Made by a program: the position numbers and the translations under genes | The notes under the pieces: model-generated | Told to the model about the DNA's origin: nothing | The model's database searches: none | What the model saw: only the letters and a program-made list of their open reading frames with translations | Assembly: GCA_965248835.1 (NCBI GenBank) | Contig: CBDFLJ010000001.1 | Coordinates: forward strand, 2,036,939-2,100,938 | Length of the DNA stretch: 64,000 bases | Direction of reading: 5' to 3' | From: Alphaproteobacteria bacterium | Lineage (GTDB): Bacteria; Pseudomonadota; Alphaproteobacteria; MPNO01 | Shown: piece after piece, positions 33,903 to 42,184 of the stretch | Layout: every line of letters starts with the position of its first letter | Numbering within the stretch: the stretch's first letter is position 1

Positions 33903-35975
33903 TCAGCGCTGCGGTGCGTCGTCGGCCGCCTCGGGCTCGGGCTCGGACGCGGCTTCCGGCTCGGGCTGTGCTTCGGGCTCGGCCTCGGAGGCCGCTTCGG
34001 CTTCGGCCTCGGCCTCGGAGGCGGCTTCGGCCTCGGGCTCGGAGGTGGCTTCGGCTTCGGGCTCGGGCTCGAGCTCGGCTTCGGGCTCAGGCTCGGAGGC
34101 GGCTTCGGCCTCGGAGGCGGCTTCGGCCTCGGAGGCGGTTTCGGGCTCAGGCTGGGCTTCGGGCTCGGAGGCGGCTTCGGCCTCGGGCTCGGCTTCGGGC
34201 TCGGAGACGGCTTCCGCATCCGAGCCGGCGGCCTGCACCGCACCGCGTTCGGCAGCCGCCCTCTCCTGGTTGGCCCGGTTGATGGCCGCGCCGAGGATGT
34301 CGCCCAGGCTGGCGCCGGAATCCGAGGAGCCATACTCGGCCATCGCCTTCTTTTCCTCGGCCATTTCCTGGGCCTTGATCGACAGGGTCAGCCTGCGGTC
34401 GCGCCGGTCGATGTTGGTGACCCGGGCATCAATCCGGTCGCCGGGTGCGAACCGGTCGGGGCGCTGGTCGGCCCGGTCGCGCGACAGTTCCGCCCGGCGG
34501 ATGAAGCCCGGCAGCCCGCCTGCGGCGGTCACCTCGAGCCCGCCGTCGGTGACCTGGGTCACCGTGCAGGTGATGACGTCGCCGCGTTTGACCTCGCTCC
34601 TGGCCGAGTCGAAGGGGTCGTCTTCGAGCTGCTTGATGCCGAGCGAGATCCGCTCCTTCTCCGCATCGACATCGAGCACCTTGGCCTTGACGATCTCGCC
34701 CTTCTTGAAGTCCGCGACCGCCTCTTCGCCCGGGCGCCGCCAGTCGATGTCCGACAGGTGCACCATGCCGTCGATTTCGCCTTCGAGCCCGACGAACAGG
34801 CCGAACTCGGTGATGTTCTTGATCTCGCCCTCGATGGTCGAGCCGACCGGGAAGCGCTCGAGGAACTGATCCCACGGGTTGTCGCGGCACTGCTTGAGGC
34901 CGAGGCTGATTCGGCGCTTGTTGGGATCGACCTCCAGCACCATGACCTCGACCTCCTGGCTGGTCGAGACGATCTTGCCGGGGTGAACGTTCTTCTTGGT
35001 CCAGCTCATCTCCGAGATGTGGACCAGGCCCTCCACCCCGGGCTCGAGCTCGACGAAGGCGCCGTAGTCGGTGATATTGCTGACCCGGCCGGTATACTTC
35101 GCTCTGACCGGATATTTGTGCTCGACCCCGTCCCACGGATCGGCTTCGAGCTGTTTCATGCCGAGCGAGATGCGCTGGGTCTCCGCGTTGTAGCGGATCA
35201 CCTGGACCCTGACGGTCTGGCCGATGCCGAGCGCTTCGGTTGGATGGTTGATGCGCCGCCAGGCGATGTCGGTGACGTGCAGCAGGCCGTCGACGCCGCC
35301 GAGGTCGACGAAGGCGCCGTAGTCGGTGATGTTCTTGACGATCCCCTCGAGGATCTGGCGCTCCTTGAGGTTGGCGAGCAGCTCGTTGCGGGCCTCTGCG
35401 CGCGACTCTTCGAGGACCGCGCGGCGCGAGACCACGATGTTGCCGCGGCGGCGGTCCATCTTCAGGATCTGGAAGGGCTGCGGCGAGCCCATCAGCGGCG
35501 AGACGTCGCGCATCGGACGGACGTCGACCTGGCTGCCCGGCAGGAACGCGACCGCGCCGGACAGATCGACCGTGAAGCCGCCCTTGACCCGGCCGAAGAT
35601 GGTCCCCGAGACCCGCTCGGTGGCCTTGAATGCCTGTTCGAGCAAGGTCCAGGCCTCCTCGCGCCGCGCCCGCTCGCGCGAAAGCACCGCCTCGCCGTTG
35701 CGGTCCTCCATGCGCTCGAGATAGACGTCCACGCAATCGCCGACCTTGATCTCGGCGTCCATCCCGGGGGTGCTGAATTCCTTCAGCGCCACGCGGCCCT
35801 CGGACTTCAGCCCGACATCGATCAGCGCGGAATCGTTCTCGATACTGATCACGGTTCCCTTCACCACCGATCCCTCGGTCAGCTCGCCCTCGGCGAAGCT
35901 TTCCTCCAGCAGGTGCGCGAAATTCTCTATGGCCGCGTCTGCCACCGGGCCTTCAGTGGCTAATTCGTTCGACAT
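33903..35975 (-). CDS. rpsA: 30S ribosomal protein S1 with an unusually long acidic C-terminal extension
   Basis: Six S1/OB repeats (e.g. GTVISIENDSALIDVGLKSEG, HVTDIAWRRINHP), followed by about 105 aa of Ala/Glu/Pro/Ser repeats. Confidence 0.95.
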   Translation of the reverse strand: MSNELATEGPVADAAIENFAHLLEESFAEGELTEGSVVKGTVISIENDSALIDVGLKSEGRVALKEFSTPGMDAEIKVGDCVDVYLERMEDRNGEAVLSRERARREEAWTLLEQAFKATERVSGTIFGRVKGGFTVDLSGAVAFLPGSQVDVRPMRDVSPLMGSPQPFQILKMDRRRGNIVVSRRAVLEESRAEARNELLANLKERQILEGIVKNITDYGAFVDLGGVDGLLHVTDIAWRRINHPTEALGIGQTVRVQVIRYNAETQRISLGMKQLEADPWDGVEHKYPVRAKYTGRVSNITDYGAFVELEPGVEGLVHISEMSWTKKNVHPGKIVSTSQEVEVMVLEVDPNKRRISLGLKQCRDNPWDQFLERFPVGSTIEGEIKNITEFGLFVGLEGEIDGMVHLSDIDWRRPGEEAVADFKKGEIVKAKVLDVDAEKERISLGIKQLEDDPFDSARSEVKRGDVITCTVTQVTDGGLEVTAAGGLPGFIRRAELSRDRADQRPDRFAPGDRIDARVTNIDRRDRRLTLSIKAQEMAEEKKAMAEYGSSDSGASLGDILGAAINRANQERAAAERGAVQAAGSDAEAVSEPEAEPEAEAASEPEAQPEPETASEAEAASEAEAASEPEPEAELEPEPEAEATSEPEAEAASEAEAEAEAASEAEPEAQPEPEAASEPEPEAADDAPQR
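33930..34215. repeat. Imperfect short-period tandem repeats (GGCTTCGGC/CTCGGA units) encoding the S1 acidic tail
   Basis: Direct reading of the DNA. The protein reads EAEAASEPEAEPEAE... on the minus strand. Confidence 0.8.
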
Positions 35976-36076
35976 CGGTATTCCTTGTTCCGACCAACCC
36001 TCGTTTGCACAGCGTGCCGACCCCGAAAGAGGCCGGCCGTGGGACGGTCATCGCTATGCGTGTCGTCCGGGTGGCA

Positions 36077-36736
36077 CTACTTTTCGGGCGTTGCCCGCGA
36101 GACGATGAACGCCAGCACCGCTTCGAATGCTTCGTCCGCATTCATCGCCGAGGTATCGATCACGAACGCATCCCCGGCCGGCACCAACGGCGCGGTGCTT
36201 CGGGTACGATCCCGGGCATCGCGCGCTTCCATGTCACGCAGAACGCGCGAATATATACTCTCTAGCCCCCGATCCTGCAACTCGCGTCGGCGCCGTTCGG
36301 CGCGTACCGCCAGGTCGGCGTCCACGAAGATCTTGTGAGCGGCGTCGGGACAGATCACCGTGCCGATGTCGCGACCGTCGAGCACGGCGCCGGGCCGGCC
36401 ATCGGGCGGCGAAGCGGAGAATCCCCGCTGGAAGTCGACCAGCGCTTTCCGGGCGCCGGGATGGATGGCGACCACGCTTGCGGCCGCGGTGATCTCTTCG
36501 GCGCGCAACCCGTCTGCCTGCAGTTCGTCCGCGCCGATGGCCAGGGCGGCATCTTCGGCCGATGCCGCATCGCCGGGGTCCAGCCCGGCATCGATAAGCC
36601 GCTTGGCGAGGGCGCGATAGAGCAGCCCGGTGTCGAAATAGGCGTAGCCGAAATGCCGGGCAAGGCGCCTGGCGATCGTGCCCTTACCGCTGGCCGCCGG
36701 GCCGTCGACGGCGATCACCGTGACGGGCTCAGTCAT
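36077..36736 (-). CDS. cmk: Cytidylate kinase
   Basis: IAVDGPAASGKGTIARRLA P-loop. Overlaps the aroA stop by 8 nt. Confidence 0.93.
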   Translation of the reverse strand: MTEPVTVIAVDGPAASGKGTIARRLARHFGYAYFDTGLLYRALAKRLIDAGLDPGDAASAEDAALAIGADELQADGLRAEEITAAASVVAIHPGARKALVDFQRGFSASPPDGRPGAVLDGRDIGTVICPDAAHKIFVDADLAVRAERRRRELQDRGLESIYSRVLRDMEARDARDRTRSTAPLVPAGDAFVIDTSAMNADEAFEAVLAFIVSRATPEK

Positions 36737-38075
36737 CCTCGTCCAGCGGGGAGATCCGGGCGCCCAACCGGTTCATCGCGGCGGCAAAGCCAGGGAAGCT
36801 GGTCTCGATGGTCTCCGCCCCGGCCACCGTCATCGGCTTGTCGGCGGCAAGCCCGAGCACCAGGAAGGCCATCGCGATGCGGTGATCGAGCGCGCAGTCG
36901 ACATGGCCGCCGCCCGGCGCCGGACCGCCGCGGCCGGTGACGATCAGCGTATCGCCCTCGATCGCGGCAGCGATCCCGGCGGCGCCGAGCCCCGCTGCGA
37001 TCGCGGCCAGCCGGTCGCTCTCCTTGACCCGCAGCTCGGCGAGCCCGTGCATGCGCGTCGTCCCCGACGCCATGGAAGCAGCGACCGCGAGGATCGGGTA
37101 CTCGTCGATCATCCGCGGCGCGCGCTCGGCCGGCACTTCGATCCCGGCAAGCGCGCCCGGATCGCCGCCGTGGAAGGTGAGGTCCGCCACCGGCTCGCCC
37201 GCGGCAGTGCGCCGGTTGTCGATGTCGAGCCTTGCCCCCATCTCGGTGAGGCAGTCGAGCAGCCCGGTCCTGGTCGGGTTGAGCCCGACGCCGGGGATCC
37301 GGACCCGTGCGCCGGGGTGCAGCAGCGCCGCGACTCCGGGAAAGGCGGCCGAGGACGGATCGCCCGGCACCTCGACCGGACGGCCCTCGATCTCCGGGTG
37401 GCCGGCGAGCCTGATCGTTCGAGCGCCGGCGCCGTCTTCCGTGATGTCCAGGGCGACGCCGAAATGGCGGAACATCAGTTCGGTATGATCGCGGCTCGGG
37501 CGCGGCTCGATCACGGTCGTCTGACCCGGCGCGTTGAGACCGGCCAGAAGGACGGCCGACTTCACCTGGGCCGAGGGCACCGGCAGTTCATAGCTGATCG
37601 GCATCGCCTCGTCCGGGCCGATCACCGCCAGCGGCATCAGCCCGCCCTCACGGGCGATGACCTCGGCCCCCATCATGCGGACCGGATCGGCGATACGGTT
37701 CATCGGCCGGCGGCGCAGCGAAGCATCGCCGGTCAGGAAACAGGTGATCGGGTGGCTCGCGACCACGCCCATGATCAGCCGCGCCGCCGTGCCGGAATTG
37801 CCCAGATCGAGCACCGTGTCCGGCTCGGCAAGCCCGCCGATCCCGACGCCGGTGACCGTCCAGAGCCCGTCCCCGCTCCGTTCGACCCCGGCGCCCAGCG
37901 CGCGCAAGGCCGCCGCGGTCGCCAGCAGGTCCTCGCCCTCGAGCAGGCCGGTCACCGTGGTCCGGCCAACCGCCAGCGCGCCCATGATCAGCGCCCTGTG
38001 GGAGATCGACTTGTCGCCGGGAACCCGCACCGTTCCGGTGAGCGTTTCCGCGGTCCCGGAATCGAGTATCGCCAT
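36729..38075 (-). CDS. aroA: 3-phosphoshikimate 1-carboxyvinyltransferase (EPSP synthase)
   Basis: VRVPGDKSISHRALIMGALA and LGNSGTAARL motifs. Confidence 0.95.
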   Translation of the reverse strand: MAILDSGTAETLTGTVRVPGDKSISHRALIMGALAVGRTTVTGLLEGEDLLATAAALRALGAGVERSGDGLWTVTGVGIGGLAEPDTVLDLGNSGTAARLIMGVVASHPITCFLTGDASLRRRPMNRIADPVRMMGAEVIAREGGLMPLAVIGPDEAMPISYELPVPSAQVKSAVLLAGLNAPGQTTVIEPRPSRDHTELMFRHFGVALDITEDGAGARTIRLAGHPEIEGRPVEVPGDPSSAAFPGVAALLHPGARVRIPGVGLNPTRTGLLDCLTEMGARLDIDNRRTAAGEPVADLTFHGGDPGALAGIEVPAERAPRMIDEYPILAVAASMASGTTRMHGLAELRVKESDRLAAIAAGLGAAGIAAAIEGDTLIVTGRGGPAPGGGHVDCALDHRIAMAFLVLGLAADKPMTVAGAETIETSFPGFAAAMNRLGARISPLDEDD

Positions 38076-38242
38076 GTGTCCGCGTCCGGGTCCGCCGTGG
38101 CCTTGCCTTACCGGCGTGGTTTAACACAACGCGGCCGGACGGCAACAGCACGGGCGGCGATTCAAAGCCCGTCCAATTTGGCTTTGACACCACGGCGGCT
38201 TCGTGGCAATGGCTCGCTCGATCAAAGAGGACGGAGAAAACC

Positions 38243-38620
38243 TTGGCGAAACCCGAATGGGGACTGAAGCGCGCCTGCCACGGCTGCGGCACGCGGTTCT
38301 ATGACCTCAGACGCAACCCGATCGTCTGCCCGAGCTGCGGCGCGACCTTCGATCCGCTGGCGATGCTGCGGCCGCGCCGCAGCCGCGCGGCCGCAGCCGT
38401 CCAGGAGGCCAAGCCTCCGGTCGTGGTGGCCGAGAGCGTCGCGGACGTGGTCGAAGCCGATGTCGACGAGGAAGTCGACGACGAGGTGAGCCTGGAAGCG
38501 GTCGCGGCCGATGACGACGAGGACGAGGACGTGATCGAAGACGTCTCCGAACTCGGAGAGGATGGCGACGACGTGTCCGAGGTCATCGAAGGCGGCAGCG
38601 TCAGCGCCAAGGATCCTTAG
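38243..38620 (+). CDS. TIGR02300-family zinc-ribbon protein with an acidic tail
   Basis: KPEWGLKRACHGCGTRFYDLRRNPIVCPSCG followed by a D/E-rich tail. TTG start with an upstream GAGGA RBS. Confidence 0.8.
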   Translation: MAKPEWGLKRACHGCGTRFYDLRRNPIVCPSCGATFDPLAMLRPRRSRAAAAVQEAKPPVVVAESVADVVEADVDEEVDDEVSLEAVAADDDEDEDVIEDVSELGEDGDDVSEVIEGGSVSAKDP

Positions 38621-38671
38621 GAACGGAGGACTCGCCGGCAGCCGGCGTAGACAGGACGAAAAACCGGATTC

Positions 38672-38747
<76 letters not shown>

Positions 38748-38816
38748 AATTTTTCAACGGGTTACGCCGGGAGTGAGGCGTCCGGCGGCCCGTCTTAGAC
38801 AGTCCGGTCAGGCGCC

Positions 38817-39490
38817 TTAGACACTACCTGCTCTCGTTTCGAGCTTCACGATCGCCGCCCGGGCGAGCCTTTCCTGGTCGGCCTTGCGGGTGTAGCGGAC
38901 CACCATCGCGACCGTCCGGTGGCCGAGAATTGCCATGATCTTGCGGTCGGTGCATCCCCGGCCTCGGCCAGCCTCGCGGCCGCCGTGTGACGCAGGCCGT
39001 GGAACTGTAGCGCCCCCAATCCTAGCCGCTTCTTTTCCCGGTAGAAGATCGAATGGAACCCCGAGGCCGTGTACGGCCGGCCGTCCTGGCGGTGGACGAT
39101 AAACATGTGCTCGCGGGGGATCTGATCGAGTACGTCGGCAAGGTGCTGGTGGATCGGGATCGCCAGCCGGTCGCCGGTCTTGGCCTGGACGACCCAGATC
39201 AGTCCCTCGTTGATATGACGCCATTGCATCGCGAGCACATCGCCGCGGCGCTGGCCGGTGTGCAGGGCGAGATCAAGCGCCCACACCATGCGAGGATTGG
39301 CACCCTTGCGGAACCGCTCGATCGCGACATCCGGCCAGGGTTCGTAGCTCTTGGTTGCTCGAAGTTTCTTGACCCGCACCGCCGGATTGTCCGCACGCAG
39401 TCCGCGATCGACCGCGAAGCCGAGCAGGATCGACATGATAGAGAGCGTCATATCGGCGGTGCGCGGAGTGTCCGCCAAGTTGTCCCGCAT
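38817..39490 (-). pseudogene. Tyrosine recombinase/phage-type integrase, N-terminally truncated and frameshifted
   Basis: LALHTGQRRGDVL, then HGLRHTAAARLAEAG. The frame breaks near 38956 and continues in a second frame as CTDRKIMAILGHRTVAMVVRYTR (the HxxR...Y catalytic box). It lies 70 nt from the tRNA-Ala 3' end. Confidence 0.85.
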
Positions 39491-39494
39491 TTCG

Positions 39495-39602
39495 TACGGT
39501 AACCGTCTTGCCCTCGTAAAACTCCGACACCGGATCCGCGAGCGCCGGAACCGTCCACAACAACGACGCCGACACCAGTCCCAGAACGATATGTCGATTC
39601 AC
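39495..39602 (-). pseudogene. Leader fragment of a periplasmic solute-binding protein gene
   Basis: GGGAGGA RBS, GTG start, and the signal peptide NRHIVLGLVSASLLWTVPALADPVSEFYEGKTVTV. The reading then runs straight into the integrase remnant. Confidence 0.35.
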
Positions 39603-39849
39603 CGCTCCATCCTCCCGTTTTATGTTCAGACCGCCGGTTTTCCCCTCGTCACGCATCTTGCGCGCTCGCATGCGCATGGACAGCAAGCATGTGCGTTGCA
39701 GGGTTTTCCGTATCGGCGGCTTTCCCGGTCGCGGGGGCGTTGGTCCGCTGCGGTGACGCGGACGAGCAACTTTCGCCGGTTTTCGGAACCATAGCTGACG
39801 GCCGGACCGGGACCGCCGCGGACGGGGCGGCACGTTGGTCTTGCCCAAG

Positions 39850-40056
39850 ATCGCCGCCGGTGCAGTGCACCGGACACAGCAACAGGTCGTATTCGGCAAA
39901 GAAATCACGCCATTTCCGCCGCATCCGCTGGCGTTGCTCGTTGAAACCCAGCCAGTCGCGGTGAGACAGCGTCACGCCGCGCAGCATGCGCGCCCATTTG
40001 TCGTCATCGTCGTCGTCGCGCGCCGCACGCCCAGCCTTCCTTGCACTCGAAGACAT
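39850..40056 (-). pseudogene. Amidase-family gene fragment
   Basis: The translation ...LSHRDWLGFNEQRQRMRRKWRDFFAEYDLLLCPV resembles the C-proximal part of amidase-signature enzymes. There is no complete ORF. Confidence 0.35.
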
Positions 40057-40179
40057 CCGCTGATAATTATACGAAACTGCCTTGTAGGGAAGGATGTGCC
40101 GACGCGCGCCAGGATCGGCTACGATCTCTATACGTAAGCCCGTTGCGGTCTAGCACAACAGCGCGAGGAGGCATTTGGA

Positions 40180-41316
40180 ATGCAAAGAGTCAGAGTGGCC
40201 ATCGCCGGTATTGGCAACTGCGCGAGTTCTCTTATCCAGGGTCTGGAATACTACAAGAGACAGAGCGCGGAAGCGTTTGTCGGTCTCATGCATGCCCGGA
40301 TCGGCGATTGGGGTCCGAGCGACATCGAGATTGTGGCCGCTTTTGATATTGATCGGCGCAAGGTGGGCAAGCGGGTGGAGGACGCGATTTTCGCCAAACC
40401 GAACTGCGCCAAGATTTTTCAGCGCATTCTACCAGTTTCCAACATCGTGGTGCGGATGGGGCCGGTTCTCGACGGTGTAGCGTCTCACATGGCCGATTAT
40501 CCCGATGACGAGGCATTCCGCCCCTCTGACGAGGACCCGGTCGATGTCGTCCAAACCCTCAAGGATGCCAAGACTGAAGTTCTGGTCTGCTATATGCCGG
40601 TAGGCTCTGAAGCTGCGGTTCGGGGTTATGCCCGGGCATGCTTGGAGGCCGGGGTCGCCATGATCAACTGCGTTCCGGTATTCATCGCTTCCGATCCCGA
40701 GTGGGCTGAGAAATTCCGTCGTGCGGCCCTGCCTATCGTCGGCGACGACATCAAAAGCCAGGTCGGCGCCACTATCGTGCACAGATCCCTGACCCGACTA
40801 TTCGGGGATAGGGGGGTGTCGCTTGATCGCACCTATCAGTTGAACACGGGTGGCAACACGGATTTCCTCAATATGAAGGCGTTAGACCGCCTGGAGTCCA
40901 AAAAGGTTTCCAAGACGGAGTCCGTGCAGTCGCAATTGGACGATCGGCTGGTTTCTCGGGACATTCATATTGGACCGTCCGACTACGTGCCGTGGCAGGG
41001 CGACAACAAGGTTGCCTTCATCCGGATGGAGGGCCGCGGTTTCGGGGACGTGCCGTTGGAACTCGAACTCAGGTTGTCGGTCCAGGATTCCCCCAACAGC
41101 GCCGGCGTGGTCATCGATGCCATCCGTTGCGCCAAACTGGGGTTGGAGCGCGGCATCGGCGGACCATTAGAGGCGCCTTCCGCCTACTACATGAAAAGCC
41201 CTCCGAAACAGATGCGTGATTCGGTGGCCTATGATTTAGCTGAGGCATTTATTCAAGGCTGTGATGCCGACGGTACTTCCGATACGGAGGCTGTTCGAAC
41301 AACCGCCGGTGAATAG
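40180..41316 (+). CDS. ino1: myo-Inositol-1-phosphate synthase (bacterial/archaeal short type)
   Basis: 378 aa. N-terminal Rossmann motif VRVAIAGIGNCASSLIQGLEYY, then LNTGGNTDF and SKKVSKT motifs typical of MIPS. GAGGAGG RBS. GC is visibly lower than the core. Confidence 0.9.
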   Translation: MQRVRVAIAGIGNCASSLIQGLEYYKRQSAEAFVGLMHARIGDWGPSDIEIVAAFDIDRRKVGKRVEDAIFAKPNCAKIFQRILPVSNIVVRMGPVLDGVASHMADYPDDEAFRPSDEDPVDVVQTLKDAKTEVLVCYMPVGSEAAVRGYARACLEAGVAMINCVPVFIASDPEWAEKFRRAALPIVGDDIKSQVGATIVHRSLTRLFGDRGVSLDRTYQLNTGGNTDFLNMKALDRLESKKVSKTESVQSQLDDRLVSRDIHIGPSDYVPWQGDNKVAFIRMEGRGFGDVPLELELRLSVQDSPNSAGVVIDAIRCAKLGLERGIGGPLEAPSAYYMKSPPKQMRDSVAYDLAEAFIQGCDADGTSDTEAVRTTAGE

Positions 41317-42184
41317 CTCCGACAATCAGACTGCCGATAATGATCCTGGCAGTGTGAACGCGTCCCGGACCGCAGCCTTGCCCTGGGTGGAGCGGTTACT
41401 CATGCTCCACCACCAAGTGCGGAACGCGGTAGCGACTGCCGACCGCGCTGGAACCGGATCCAGAAACGCGAAGGGCGACGAAATCAAACGCTTCGACCTG
41501 ATTGCCAATGACGCGGCTTTGACTGTCCTCCGGGAACTTCAGTTGCCGATCGTCGTCGATTCCGAGGAGAGCGAACCTCTGCAAATCGGTTTCGGCACGC
41601 CGCGACACCGTCTCATCCTCGATCCAGTGGATGGTTCCGACAACTGGGCGCGGGGGTTGCCGCTGTCAGCCTTGTCCTGCGCCGTGCTGCCGGCTGACGC
41701 TCCCCTCCATCCCGATTGGGTCGAAGCGGCTCTGGTTGGGCCGCTCGAGCCGGGCACGACCCTGATCGCGCTCAAGGGCTCTGGTGCTTGGCGCGGGAAG
41801 GAATCCCTCCATATATCCGACGTCCGCAACGTCGCCGAGGCCACGATCTCGGTCGAACTCAATCATCATTCTCCGTCGCCGGGCATTGCCCGTCTGACGG
41901 CCGCTGCCAGAAGCGTGCGGTGTTACGGTTGCGCGTCACGCGCCATCTCCCTGGTCGCCGAGGGCGTGACCGACGCCCATGTGGACGCGCGTGGCCGTTT
42001 GACCGCAGAAAGCTACCTCGCCGCCGCACGGTTGGTAATCGAGGCGGGGGGCTGGGTTGTCGGCCTTGATGGCGCGCCCCTGGCGGCGCCGGAAAGTTTG
42101 ACCGACCGCGTCAGCCTGATCGCGGCGGCGAGCCGGGACCTGTGCGATGAGATCGTGGATGTTTTGGGCGATGAACAACCCTGA
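41309..42184 (+). CDS. Inositol-monophosphatase-family phosphatase
   Basis: DPVDGSDNW metal-binding motif and EAGGWVVGLDG near the C-terminus. The start is uncertain: the GTG at 41309 overlaps the ino1 stop, and the ATG at 41402 is an alternative. Confidence 0.85.
   Translation: MNSSDNQTADNDPGSVNASRTAALPWVERLLMLHHQVRNAVATADRAGTGSRNAKGDEIKRFDLIANDAALTVLRELQLPIVVDSEESEPLQIGFGTPRHRLILDPVDGSDNWARGLPLSALSCAVLPADAPLHPDWVEAALVGPLEPGTTLIALKGSGAWRGKESLHISDVRNVAEATISVELNHHSPSPGIARLTAAARSVRCYGCASRAISLVAEGVTDAHVDARGRLTAESYLAAARLVIEAGGWVVGLDGAPLAAPESLTDRVSLIAAASRDLCDEIVDVLGDEQP

Noticed and set aside
33930-34215. Periodic short repeats considered as a possible CRISPR array or other non-coding repeat locus (also 19103-19150 and 12555-12611)
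   Set aside because: There are no unique spacers of 25-40 nt between the units, and the unit lengths are 9-16 nt. The tracts at 33.9-34.2 kb and 12.55-12.61 kb lie inside coding sequence (the rpsA tail and the grpE N-terminus). The tract at 19.10-19.15 kb is mostly intergenic, with only its first unit overlapping the yraN stop. No cas genes are present in the window.
33738-35963. 741-aa and 328-aa plus-strand ORFs with GLGLGGGFG or SGSGSEAAS repeats that look like glycine-rich or collagen-like proteins
   Set aside because: They are the antisense reading of rpsA and of its acidic repeat tail. The six S1 domains on the minus strand are unambiguous.
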